Shown here piece after piece: positions 8,734 to 17,549 of a stretch of DNA of 41,838 nucleotides (position 1 is the first letter of the stretch; each line of letters opens with the position of its first letter). The notes beneath the pieces are model-generated. The model was given only the letters and a program-made list of their open reading frames with translations, was not told the origin of the DNA and searched no databases. This DNA comes from Nitrososphaerales archaeon (GTDB taxonomy: Archaea; Thermoproteota; Nitrososphaeria; Nitrososphaerales; Gagatemarchaeaceae). The DNA lies in NCBI GenBank assembly GCA_050015955.1, contig JBEKAG010000001.1:1-41838 (forward strand). The letters are read 5' to 3'. A program made the position numbers and the translations under genes.

Positions 8734-9984
8734 TTGCCGCGCTTCGCTCACATGTCAGATATTCACATCGGTGCCTTCAGGCAGCCTGAGCTCAAAGACC
8801 TCGTGATGAGGGCCTTCGACCAGGCGATTGGAAAGTGCATCGACGAAGATGTCGACTTCGTAATAGTGTCAGGTGACATATTCGACTCGAACATTCCCGA
8901 CCTTTCCTCAGTCAGGAAGGCGACCGGCAGGATAAGGGAGGCCAGGGAAAGAGGCATCAGATTCTACGTAGTCTATGGCAGCCACGATTACAGTCCCAAC
9001 CATGCCTCAATTGTCGACGTGCTCGAAAGCGCGGGTCTCTTTACCATGGTCGAGCTGGGGAAGGCGAAAGATGGCAAACTCGAACTGGATTTCGTCGTTG
9101 ACGAGACAGGGGCCAAGATCTGCGGTATCTCTGGCAAGAAGCTCTCCCTCGACAGGGCCGAATACGCGTCGCTCGACAGACAGAGGCTGGAATCCGAGCC
9201 GGGCTTCAAGATTTTCGTTTTCCACGGAGCGATTGACGAGCTGAAGCCCCAGTCCCTTTCCGGCATGGAAAGCATGCCGGCTTCCTACCTCCCGGCAAAC
9301 TTCGACTACTATGCCGGAGGTCACATCCACAGTCACAGCTCGCAAGACCTTCCTGGGAGGAGGAATGTAGTCTATCCCGGCCCTCTCTTCGCGACAGACT
9401 TCAGGGACCTGGAGCCGCTGGCGAAAGGCGCGGAAAACGGATTCTACATCGTGGACTTCGAAAAGGAGGTAAACAAGATCACCTTCACTCCGACAAAGGT
9501 GTGCGACGTGCTCGGGCTGGAGTATTCCGCCCATGGAAAGGACGCGCGGCAGACCAGGCTTGAACTGTCGGACTTGACTCGATTCTCGGATGTCAAAGGT
9601 AAGGTCGTCCTTCTTAGGGTGCAGGGAGAGCTATCCGAGGGGTCGATGTCCGACATCGGTTTCCCTTCGATCAGGAAGGAACTGGCATCGAGGGGCCCGA
9701 TTTGCGTCCTCCCGAACCTCAGCCAGCTTACCTCGAGAGACCTGACCACTCCGCCCGGACCTCCGAAGGCGCAGCATCAGACAGAGCGGGAGCTCTTCTC
9801 TCAACGCATTGCTTCCGTTAAGTCCTCCGAACCGAGGTTAAATGGAGAGAGCGGGACAGAGCTCTCACTCGAACTACTGAAGAGCCTCAAGGAAGAGAGG
9901 AAGGAGAACGAGACGAAGGTCGACTATCAGGCGAGGACGGAGAAGGCGGGAATAAGCGTTCTCGGTCTGGCCGGTGACCTGTGA
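8734..9984 (+). CDS. mre11: DNA double-strand break repair nuclease Mre11
   Basis: Calcineurin-like phosphoesterase motifs in order: HMSDIHIG, VSGDIFD, GSHDY, FHGAIDE, GGHIH. TTG start. 4-nt overlap with rad50. Confidence 0.85.
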   Translation: MPRFAHMSDIHIGAFRQPELKDLVMRAFDQAIGKCIDEDVDFVIVSGDIFDSNIPDLSSVRKATGRIREARERGIRFYVVYGSHDYSPNHASIVDVLESAGLFTMVELGKAKDGKLELDFVVDETGAKICGISGKKLSLDRAEYASLDRQRLESEPGFKIFVFHGAIDELKPQSLSGMESMPASYLPANFDYYAGGHIHSHSSQDLPGRRNVVYPGPLFATDFRDLEPLAKGAENGFYIVDFEKEVNKITFTPTKVCDVLGLEYSAHGKDARQTRLELSDLTRFSDVKGKVVLLRVQGELSEGSMSDIGFPSIRKELASRGPICVLPNLSQLTSRDLTTPPGPPKAQHQTERELFSQRIASVKSSEPRLNGESGTELSLELLKSLKEERKENETKVDYQARTEKAGISVLGLAGDL

Positions 9985-12017
9985 CGCTCCTTACGCATCT
10001 CTCGTTGAAGAACATCAGAAGCTTCAATGACGGTTCGGAAGTGAGCATCGACCTTCCCGAAGGGACGGTCCTCTTCGAAGGAGACGTCGGCTCCGGCAAG
10101 TCCACGATCTTGTATGCTGTGGAATTCGCCCTCTTCGGCTTGGGAGACATGAGCGGCAGCTACCTCCTGAGCGAGGGGGCGAATTCAGGTCACGCCAAGG
10201 TAAGGGTCACCCAAGGCGGAAGGAACCTGGAGGTCTATCGGGGGCTCAGAAGAACGGGTGAGAATGTCGTCCAGGAGAACTGCTACATCTCAGAGGACGG
10301 AAGTAGAACGGAGCTATCGCCTGGGGACCTGAAGCAGCGCGTGATCAGCCTGCTCGGGTTCAACGAGCCGTCGCATCCGCGTGCGGAGAGCCTCGTCTTC
10401 AGGTACGCCGTCTTCACGCCTCAAGAGCAGATGAAAGAGATAATCCAGCGCAGCTCGGATGACAGGCTCCTCGTGATCAGGCGCGTCCTCGGCATCCAAA
10501 GCTACCAGGTGGCCGCCGAGAATTCGGACCTCATCCACAGGCGCTTGCGCAACGAGGCCAGGGCAATCGAGGCGGCGACCGAGGACCTTGAAGAGACAGA
10601 GGCGGAGGCCGCACTGCAGCAGTCGAGAATCGAGGACTTGAGCTCCCGCATCCCTCAACTCCAAGACGAGGAAGCCGCAGCGAAGGCCGAGCTGGGTTTG
10701 CTCACGAGTCAGTGGGAGGACGCAAGAGACGAACGCGAAAAGGTTGGCGCAGCTGCCGGACGGATTCCGGAGCTTAGGAGAAGCATAGCGCGCCTGCACT
10801 CCGACATCGAGGAGGACGAGAAGCGAGTCTCCGACCTCGAGCGCAGCCTCGAGCAGGAGTACATCCCTTCGATCAAGTCCTTCCAGGCGAGGGCGCCTCC
10901 GTCGAAGAGGAGTGCCACGGTCCTAGAGGCGAGTCTGAAGTCAAGGCAGAAGACCCTGGACAGGAAGCGCGGGTCGTTGGCGCTGCTGGCAGGACAGCTC
11001 AAAGAGACGAGAGAGCTCGTCAAAGGTAGAGTCTGCCCGCGCTGCGGGCAGCGGATACCGGATGATTTCAGAGACCAGTCTACGCACTTGGAAAGAGAAC
11101 TGGAAGGGACAACTGAAGAGGTCTCAGCACTTGAAGACGAAATCTCAGGACTGGATGACCTGGTGAAGAAGACACTTCTCTACGCGGAAGACGAGAGAGC
11201 GTATCGCCGGGATCTCAGACGGAAGACAGAGGTGGAAGCCGAGATTGCGGACAGAAGAAACCACGTGTTAGAGTCGCGCCGAGAAATGAGACGCCTCGAG
11301 GACGAACTCTCAAGGTCGGAAGCCGAGGAAGTTCGCCTGTCGGATCTCACGAGCAGAATAGACGCCATAGCGGGCGCTCTCAGGAGGTCGCAACAAAGGA
11401 AAGATTCCGCCAGTAGGGAACTCGTCGAATCAATCACAAGGCGGAGCGAAGGAACCGAGTCCCTGAAGAGGCTAACGTTCCAGATTGAGGAAAAGAAAAT
11501 GAAGAGAGCCAAAGAGCAACGCCTCAAATCGTACGCCTCCTGGCTCGACGGGTTCTTCAAACCCACCGTCGAGCTGATCGAGAGACAAGTGATGGTCCAC
11601 ACCAACGCGAGGTTCAGCGAACACTTTCAGCGCTTCTTCTCCTCTCTGGTCGACGACCCCGACCTTCGCGTTCGGGTGATGGAAGACTTCTCTCCTGTCT
11701 TCGAGAGGCAGGGATACTCCCAGGAATTCGACTCCCTCAGCGGTGGGGAACGGACTAGCATCGCTCTAGCCTACAGGTTCGCCCTGAACGCAATCGTTCA
11801 GGAAGACATAGGAACGGGGACAGGTGACCTCGTCATCCTGGACGAGCCGACGGACGGGTTCAGCAAGGAGCAGATCCAGAAGATGCGTGACGTCATCCAA
11901 GAGTTGCATTCGAGACAGGTAATCCTCGTCTCTCATGAAAAAGAGCTCGAGTCGATGGCGGACAAAATGATGATCGTCGAGAAGGTGAACGGCACTTCGA
12001 GAGTATCACCCGTCTAG
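9981..12017 (+). CDS. rad50: DNA double-strand break repair ATPase Rad50
   Basis: Walker A GDVGSGKST, long charged coiled coil, zinc hook VCPRCGQ in the middle, signature LSGGERT, Walker B LVILDEPTDG. 678 aa, which is short for Rad50. Confidence 0.9.
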   Translation: MTLLTHLSLKNIRSFNDGSEVSIDLPEGTVLFEGDVGSGKSTILYAVEFALFGLGDMSGSYLLSEGANSGHAKVRVTQGGRNLEVYRGLRRTGENVVQENCYISEDGSRTELSPGDLKQRVISLLGFNEPSHPRAESLVFRYAVFTPQEQMKEIIQRSSDDRLLVIRRVLGIQSYQVAAENSDLIHRRLRNEARAIEAATEDLEETEAEAALQQSRIEDLSSRIPQLQDEEAAAKAELGLLTSQWEDARDEREKVGAAAGRIPELRRSIARLHSDIEEDEKRVSDLERSLEQEYIPSIKSFQARAPPSKRSATVLEASLKSRQKTLDRKRGSLALLAGQLKETRELVKGRVCPRCGQRIPDDFRDQSTHLERELEGTTEEVSALEDEISGLDDLVKKTLLYAEDERAYRRDLRRKTEVEAEIADRRNHVLESRREMRRLEDELSRSEAEEVRLSDLTSRIDAIAGALRRSQQRKDSASRELVESITRRSEGTESLKRLTFQIEEKKMKRAKEQRLKSYASWLDGFFKPTVELIERQVMVHTNARFSEHFQRFFSSLVDDPDLRVRVMEDFSPVFERQGYSQEFDSLSGGERTSIALAYRFALNAIVQEDIGTGTGDLVILDEPTDGFSKEQIQKMRDVIQELHSRQVILVSHEKELESMADKMMIVEKVNGTSRVSPV

Positions 12018-12132
12018 TCAGGATGCTCATTTCGGCGGCTTTGTCAAGAACCCTTCAACACCATACCGTGAGCAGTGATAATGCTCTGCCCCGTGGTTTT
12101 GTCTCACACGCGCGGCGCAACACAGTAATACC

Positions 12133-14916
12133 TTGTCCGCGCCAGATCCTCTGAGAGCGTTGGCCGACATCGAGAGGATGTTCAACCCGAAGACCGTCGC
12201 CCTGATTGGAGCTACAGACAAGGCGGGGACGGTCGGCGAGGCGACGCTCAAGAACCTCATGATTGGAAAGGGCCGACACTCAATCTTCCCTGTCAACCCG
12301 AACCACGAAAGCGTGATGGGTCTCAAGTGCTACCCTGCCGTTTCAGCGATTCCGGAACACGTGGACCTCGCTGTAGTCGCCACACCTGCAAGCTCAGTCC
12401 CCGCAATCGTGGAAGAGTGCGGGAAGGCCGGGGTCGACGGCATAGTTGTCATCTCAGCAGGCTTCAGAGAGGTGGGAGAGGCAGGCGCGAAGCTCGAAGA
12501 AGAGATCAGGCAGATCAGGTCGAAGTACGGCTTCAGGCTGCTGGGCCCGAACTGCGTCGGCTTCGCCAGGCCCTCGGCTCATCTTAACGCGACCTTCCTC
12601 AGGGACAACCCCGAGCCCGGCTCGATTGCGTTCATTTCCCAAAGCGGGGCCCTCGGTTCTGCGATATTAGACTGGGCGATGACCTCCCACGTCGGCTTCA
12701 GCCTTTTCGCCTCGCTGGGGTCGATGCTGGACCTCGACTTCGGCGACCTGATAGACTTCCTGGGGAGCGATCCTTCGACAAGGAGCATCATACTCTACGT
12801 GGAGGGCATCGGGAATGCCAAGAAGTTCATGAGCGCGGCGAGGGGCTTCGCCCGCACCAAGCCCATCATCGTCCTGAAGGCAGGAAAGCAGAAGACTGGG
12901 GCAAAGGCCGTTCGGTCTCACACCGGGGCGCTTGCTGGCGACTTCGAGGTCTACGATGCGGCCTTCAAACGAGTGGGTGTCGTCAGGGTCGACGAGATAG
13001 GCGACCTATTCAACTGCGCCAGCGTCCTGGACTCGAGGCGCCTGCCAGCGGGGCCGAGGCTTGCCATAGTCACAAATGCGGGAGGTCCAGGAGTCGTGGC
13101 GTCCGACGCGGTCGCCGACCTCGGAGGAGAGCTAGCGAAACTATCGGACGAGTCGATGCGGACCCTCAACGAGCACCTCCCCGCGTTCTGGAGCCGTGGC
13201 AACCCAGTTGACGTGCTGGGGGACGCAGACGTCGCCAGGTACGGGACCGCCCTGGACGTTTGCCTCTCCGACCCGAACGTCGACGGCCTCCTTGCTATCT
13301 GCACCCCCCAAGGAGTCACTTCGCCCACCGAGCTCGCAGATGCGGTCATCAGGTTCTCGAAGGACAGACGGAAACCGATCCTCACCGTTTGGATGGGCGA
13401 GAGGGCTGTCTCCGAGGCAAGGAGGAAATTCACCGAGAATGACATCCCGACCTATCCGACGCCGGAACAGGCCGTTAAGACGTACATGTACATGTACAGG
13501 TACCGGCGAAACCTTGACCTGCTCTACGAGACGCCCGAAGAGCTCCCCGTCGACCTGATGCCACCCATCAGCCATCTGAAACTCATCGTCAGGAGGGCCA
13601 TCAGGGAGGGGAAGCTCCTCCTATCGCAGTCAGACGCGGATAAGTTCCTCGACGCGTACAACATCCCCAGGCTCAGGGGCGGCTTCGCCAGGACGCCTGA
13701 CGAGGCTGTGATGGCCGCGCGCAGGATCGGCTATCCTGTCGTCCTGAAGGTCGTATCCCAAGAGATCGCCCACAAGAGCGACGTCGGAGGGGTCGTGACT
13801 GGCATCGCCTCGAGTGAAATGCTCACGGACGAGTTCGTCAAGCTCATCGAAAGGGTGAAGATTATGAAACCCGACGCCCGAATCGACGGCGCCTACGTCC
13901 AGAAGATGGCGGGAGCGGTCGACTACGAGTTGATACTTGGTTCAAAGAAGGACGTGGACTTCGGCACAGTGATGCTGTTCGGGTCGGGGGGCACAGGGGT
14001 GGAGCTCTTCCGTGACTTCTCAATCGGGCTGCCCCCCATGAACCAGGTCTTGGCACGGAGGATGATGGAGGAGACCATAATCTACAAGGCCCTGTCCCGC
14101 GGTCTCAGGAACAAACCCCCGGTCGCGATGAAGCCTCTCGAGGAGATCATCGTCCGTCTGTCGGGCATGGTCGCAGATTTCCCAGAGATAGCGGAGATGG
14201 ACATCAACCCGCTGTTCGTGACCGAGGGGAAGGCGCTGGCCGCCGACGTGAGGATCCTCCTCGACCCGGCGGCACCGGAGGGCGGCGTTCCCTATCCACA
14301 CCTCGTGATAATGCCCTACCCGACCAAGTACATCGTCCCGTACAAACTCGAGGACGGGACCGACGTGCTTCTCAGGCCGATCAGGCCCGAGGACGAAGCG
14401 ATGGAAGCAGAGTTCATCAACGGTCTGTCGGAAGAGTCGAGCCGGCTCAGGTTCTTCAGCATAGTCAAGGACCTACCTCATGGGGATCTAGTCCGCTTCT
14501 GCAGCATCGACTACGACAGGGAGATGGCGATTGTGGCCGAGATCAAGCAAGGAGGAGAAAGCAGGGAGGTCGGGGTTGGCAGGCTGATTGCCGAGCCAGA
14601 CCAGAAGCGTGGAGAGTTCGCCGTTGTGATAGCCGATCAGTACCAGGGAAGAGGGCTCGGCAGGAAGTTGCTGGACATGCTAATCGACATAGCAGAGGAT
14701 AAGCACCTCGAATCGATTTACGGCGTGATCCTGAAGGACAACAGGACTATGCTGAGCCTGTGCAAAGAGATGGGTTTCACTCTCACTCCTGAGGAAGACG
14801 TGATGAAGGCCGAGCTGGCACTCATCCTCCCAGCCTACTCCAGCAATGAGGCCAGCCAGGTTCAGGAGAAGGAAGGACAGGAAGGAAGATCAGGCTCTGA
14901 TTCACTCCTCCAATGA
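12133..14916 (+). CDS. NDP-forming acyl-CoA synthetase (fused alpha/beta) with C-terminal GNAT acetyltransferase domain (Pat/Pka-type architecture)
   Basis: 927 aa. CoA-binding N-terminus (FNPKTVALIGATDKAG), phosphohistidine loop RSHTGALAG, ATP-grasp part (GYPVVLKVVSQEIAHKSDVGGV), and a C-terminal GNAT with motif A QYQGRGLGRKLL. TTG start at 12133; ATG 12178 is an alternative. Confidence 0.85.
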   Translation: MSAPDPLRALADIERMFNPKTVALIGATDKAGTVGEATLKNLMIGKGRHSIFPVNPNHESVMGLKCYPAVSAIPEHVDLAVVATPASSVPAIVEECGKAGVDGIVVISAGFREVGEAGAKLEEEIRQIRSKYGFRLLGPNCVGFARPSAHLNATFLRDNPEPGSIAFISQSGALGSAILDWAMTSHVGFSLFASLGSMLDLDFGDLIDFLGSDPSTRSIILYVEGIGNAKKFMSAARGFARTKPIIVLKAGKQKTGAKAVRSHTGALAGDFEVYDAAFKRVGVVRVDEIGDLFNCASVLDSRRLPAGPRLAIVTNAGGPGVVASDAVADLGGELAKLSDESMRTLNEHLPAFWSRGNPVDVLGDADVARYGTALDVCLSDPNVDGLLAICTPQGVTSPTELADAVIRFSKDRRKPILTVWMGERAVSEARRKFTENDIPTYPTPEQAVKTYMYMYRYRRNLDLLYETPEELPVDLMPPISHLKLIVRRAIREGKLLLSQSDADKFLDAYNIPRLRGGFARTPDEAVMAARRIGYPVVLKVVSQEIAHKSDVGGVVTGIASSEMLTDEFVKLIERVKIMKPDARIDGAYVQKMAGAVDYELILGSKKDVDFGTVMLFGSGGTGVELFRDFSIGLPPMNQVLARRMMEETIIYKALSRGLRNKPPVAMKPLEEIIVRLSGMVADFPEIAEMDINPLFVTEGKALAADVRILLDPAAPEGGVPYPHLVIMPYPTKYIVPYKLEDGTDVLLRPIRPEDEAMEAEFINGLSEESSRLRFFSIVKDLPHGDLVRFCSIDYDREMAIVAEIKQGGESREVGVGRLIAEPDQKRGEFAVVIADQYQGRGLGRKLLDMLIDIAEDKHLESIYGVILKDNRTMLSLCKEMGFTLTPEEDVMKAELALILPAYSSNEASQVQEKEGQEGRSGSDSLLQ

Positions 14917-15023
14917 TAATGTCTAACGGCAGAATCCTAGGGTTCCTCTCGCGCCTACGACTCCACCCAATTCCATTGCAACTGGCGGATGGAGAATCGG
15001 GCTTCTACCGTCGCCGACCTATA

Positions 15024-15057
15024 GGAAAAGTCCCCGATGGAGGGGCTTTCTCCCTCC
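15024..15057 (-). terminator. hairpin plus U-tract downstream of RNase P RNA (candidate terminator)
   Basis: Minus strand reads GGAGGGagaaagcCCCTCCatcggggaCTTTTCC: a 6-bp stem followed by T4. Confidence 0.3.
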
Positions 15058-15069
15058 ACCGAGGCGTTA

Positions 15070-15370
15070 CGTTCGACGTGTGTCGGCCGTAGTCCTCCTC
15101 CTGTTCTAGGCGGGATTCAGCTCAGCGGCCTACCCTGGTCTCCTGCAGGCGTTTCATCGACCACGTTTGGCCTTGCTCCACACGGGTCAGCCGTTTCATC
15201 CCGGTCCCCACCGACCTCAAGGTTTCCCTATCATCGCCCTTGATGGGCCGGGTCTCGTTTCTGTTCTGGAGCCAGCCGTCTCCGACTGCGCCTCTCGGCG
15301 CCGTGCGTCCTGCTGCGAGGGAGGAACTTCCCCAGGAGGTCCCCGTGGCCCGCCCGCCGACTCGCGTCAG
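15070..15370 (-). ncRNA. rnpB: RNase P RNA (type A-like); ends approximate (+/- 30-50 nt)
   Basis: Minus-strand blocks match conserved RNase P RNA segments as I remember them from E. coli M1 and archaeal type A. These are GGGGAAGUUCC (cf. GAGGAAAGUCC), CAGAACAGAAAC, GGAUGAAACGG, GGAGCAAGGCCAAA (plus 15166-15179), GGGUAGGCCGCUGAGC (plus 15120-15135) and GCCUAGAACAGGA..ACGGCCGAC. A 5' GUCGGC can pair with a 3' GCCGAC (P2-like), with UGACG/CGUCG outside it (P1-like). A TTAATT TATA-like box sits about 25 nt upstream (15389-15396). Confidence 0.7.
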
Positions 15371-15403
15371 GACCTACGACAGGGTTCGACAATTAACCGT
15401 TTC

Positions 15404-15916
15404 TCATGGGGTGAAGAGATGAGGGAAATACTCCCTTTCCTCTCGCAGGACCTTCCCCTCACTCTTGCACATCCTGTATGACTCGAGCGGTTCCTTGTTG
15501 AGCGTCTCGAAGTTGGGGCCCCACTTGTAGATCGAGAGGTACGACCTCGCCTCCTCGACTTCGCCGAGTATGTAGAGGGTGGCTGCGACCGCCTCCACTG
15601 AGCTCAGCATCCCCGCCCTCGCGTAGTTCGTCGGATTGGCCGCCAGAAGAAGCGGAATGCGCCTGTGCTTTCCCCCCAGCTTCCTGAAGAAGACCTCCTG
15701 GGCTTGGTTCCAAGAGCAGTCGACCACCAGTATCCCCTTCGCGCCTCTGTCTGGCGGCGAGAGCATCCTGCGGGCGAACGGGTTGAGCACAATCGTCGTG
15801 TCGGAGGCGTGGAACTTCCTCCCGACCCCCTTGGCCAGCTCCATATGGATCATCTTGCGGGCAGTGCACTTGACGGGGTCGTCCTGGCCCATCTCCAACG
15901 CGTAGACGTTCATCAT
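15404..15916 (-). CDS. tsr3: 16S rRNA aminocarboxypropyltransferase Tsr3
   Basis: MMNVYALEMGQDDPVKCTARKM ... LVVDCSWN ... HRRIPLLLAANPTNYARAGMLSSVEAVAATLYILG closely matches archaeal Tsr3 as remembered. The 322-aa track ORF is over-extended at its N-terminus, where it overlaps the opposite-strand gene at 16064. Start taken at M153 (170 aa); M144 at 15943 is an alternative. Confidence 0.8.
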   Translation of the reverse strand: MMNVYALEMGQDDPVKCTARKMIHMELAKGVGRKFHASDTTIVLNPFARRMLSPPDRGAKGILVVDCSWNQAQEVFFRKLGGKHRRIPLLLAANPTNYARAGMLSSVEAVAATLYILGEVEEARSYLSIYKWGPNFETLNKEPLESYRMCKSEGKVLREEREYFPHLFTP

Positions 15917-16021
15917 CACTTTCAACGATAGCTGTGAACCCATGGTATTAATCATCGCGTCTTCATGGAGGCTTTCGAGTATGGGGTGGAAGCTTTCTTC
16001 AGCGGAGGGAGTAAGGGTTAT

Positions 16022-16042
16022 TACTGCAGTATTACGCGTAAT
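16022..16042. promoter_or_regulatory. two abutting perfect palindromes (TACTGCAGTA, ATTACGCGTAAT) in the tsr3/RAM-protein divergent region
   Basis: Read directly: gttatTACTGCAGTATTACGCGTAATgg, 22-42 nt upstream of the ATG at 16064. Confidence 0.35.
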
Positions 16043-16063
16043 GGCGAGAGGTAGTAGAGCGGA

Positions 16064-16297
16064 ATGCCCATGGCCTTTGTGCTGATTAACGCAGATCTCG
16101 GGGCCGAGGAGGACCTCCTCAAGAAGCTCCGTGAGATCCAGAACGTGAAGGATGTCTACGTCGTATACGGCGTATACGACGTGGTAGCGAGGGTCGAGGC
16201 CGACACCATGGAGAAGGTGAAGGAGACGATTACCTGGAGCATTCGCCGGCTCGACAAGGTGAGGAGCACTCTCACCATGATCGTCGTCGAAGCCTAG
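16064..16297 (+). CDS. stand-alone Lrp/AsnC ligand-binding (RAM) domain protein
   Basis: 77 aa. AFVLINADLGAEEDLLKKLREIQNVKDVYVVYGVYDVVARVEADTMEKVKETI has the typical beta-alpha-beta-beta-alpha-beta RAM-domain pattern without an HTH. Confidence 0.7.
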   Translation: MPMAFVLINADLGAEEDLLKKLREIQNVKDVYVVYGVYDVVARVEADTMEKVKETITWSIRRLDKVRSTLTMIVVEA

Positions 16298-16328
16298 GCG
16301 ACCAATTCCCAAGCTGAAATATCCCCAC

Positions 16329-17549
16329 GTGGCTGACCAGACCGTGCGCTGCCTCGTCGGCATCGACGACACCGACTCTTCAAAAGGAAACTGTACGACC
16401 TACCTCGCCTATCGGATCGCCGCGGACCTCGCCCCGGCCGTCAGTGTTCTTTCCTACCCGAGACTGGTCAGGCTCAACCCGAATATCCCGTTCAAGACAA
16501 GGGGTAACGCTGCAGTCTCCCTCCTAGTCGAGACCGAGTCTCCACCGCGTGCCTTCGACAGCATCTGCGCAAAGGTATCGGAACTGTCGGACGTCAAAGG
16601 GGGCGCAAACTCCGGCGTCGTCTTTCTCAGCGACGTGGCAAAGTCCCGCTTCTTCCTGCCTGTCTACCTAAGTGCCCTTTCGGGCGTAGTGAACCCCCAC
16701 CGTGTCAGGCGACTGTTGGCTCAGCACAAGGTGAAGAGTTTCGAGCTGGGCAATGGAATGGGACTGGTGGGTGCAGCGTCCGCGCTTGCATTTGACGAGT
16801 CTTTCGACCATACCTACGAACTGATCGCGTACAGGCGTCGAGAGTCGTTCGGGACCCCGCGCGTCCTTGATTCCACCTCAGTCAGGGATATGGAGTTGGC
16901 GACTTGGCCTCACACCTTCAACAGTTACGACTACCAGAAGAAGAAGGTCCTTATCGCACCCCACGGGCCCGACCCAGTCTTTCTTGGTCTCCGCGGAGAC
17001 TCTCCCCAGGCTGTTCTAAGAGCGTTCCAGCTCGTCTCCTGCGGCGAGGACCTGCAGGGATACATGGTCTACATGACGAACCAGCACACCGATGCGCACT
17101 TGGAAGGAGGGCTCGACTGGAAGACCTTCTCTTCGGGCTGGGCAGAGGGTCGGGTCGCTTCGCCCTCAGTCGGGCCCGGCGGGCACGTCTACTTCGCGTT
17201 GCTGGACGGTACGAAGAGACACAGGTGCGCAGTCTATGAGCCGACCGGAGACCTGCGCAGGGTAGCCAGGATGCTCATGGATGGGGACTTCATCCGAGCG
17301 TACGGGGGAGTGAGGCGCCCTTCGACCTCGCACCCGAAGGTCCTCAACATCGAGAAGGTCGAGGTCGTTTCGCTCGCGAAGGGCAAAGACCGACCGATAC
17401 TTTGCGGAACCTACATCGCATCCCCGAGGGCAAACAGGCACCTAACGAAGCCCCTAGTCAGGTACGGCCGTGAGATGAACAGGCAGGCCTGCCCCGAGAC
17501 CGCGGGATGGCTGCGGACGTCTGCTATAGAGAATCGAGCGCCTGCTTAA
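16329..17549 (+). CDS. tiaS: tRNA(Ile2) 2-agmatinylcytidine synthetase TiaS
   Basis: The N-terminal signature LVGIDDTDSSKGNCTTYL and the C-terminal ..YIASPRANRHLTKPLVRYG fit TiaS as remembered. GTG start. Confidence 0.8.
   Translation: MADQTVRCLVGIDDTDSSKGNCTTYLAYRIAADLAPAVSVLSYPRLVRLNPNIPFKTRGNAAVSLLVETESPPRAFDSICAKVSELSDVKGGANSGVVFLSDVAKSRFFLPVYLSALSGVVNPHRVRRLLAQHKVKSFELGNGMGLVGAASALAFDESFDHTYELIAYRRRESFGTPRVLDSTSVRDMELATWPHTFNSYDYQKKKVLIAPHGPDPVFLGLRGDSPQAVLRAFQLVSCGEDLQGYMVYMTNQHTDAHLEGGLDWKTFSSGWAEGRVASPSVGPGGHVYFALLDGTKRHRCAVYEPTGDLRRVARMLMDGDFIRAYGGVRRPSTSHPKVLNIEKVEVVSLAKGKDRPILCGTYIASPRANRHLTKPLVRYGREMNRQACPETAGWLRTSAIENRAPA

Noticed and set aside
15020-15035. Plus-strand AGGAAAAGTCCCC as the RNase P CR-I box, implying a plus-strand rnpB
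   Set aside because: All other conserved RNase P blocks (GGAGCAAGGCCAAA, GGGUAGGCCGCUGAGC, GCCUAGA, ACAGAAAC) read on the minus strand and in the right 5'-3' order there. The plus-strand match is the complement of the U-tract after the terminator-like hairpin.
15917-16372. N-terminal 152 residues of the 322-aa Tsr3 track ORF
   Set aside because: Homology to Tsr3 starts at MMNVYALEMG. The extension overlaps the opposite-strand RAM-domain gene and mirrors its sequence in antisense.
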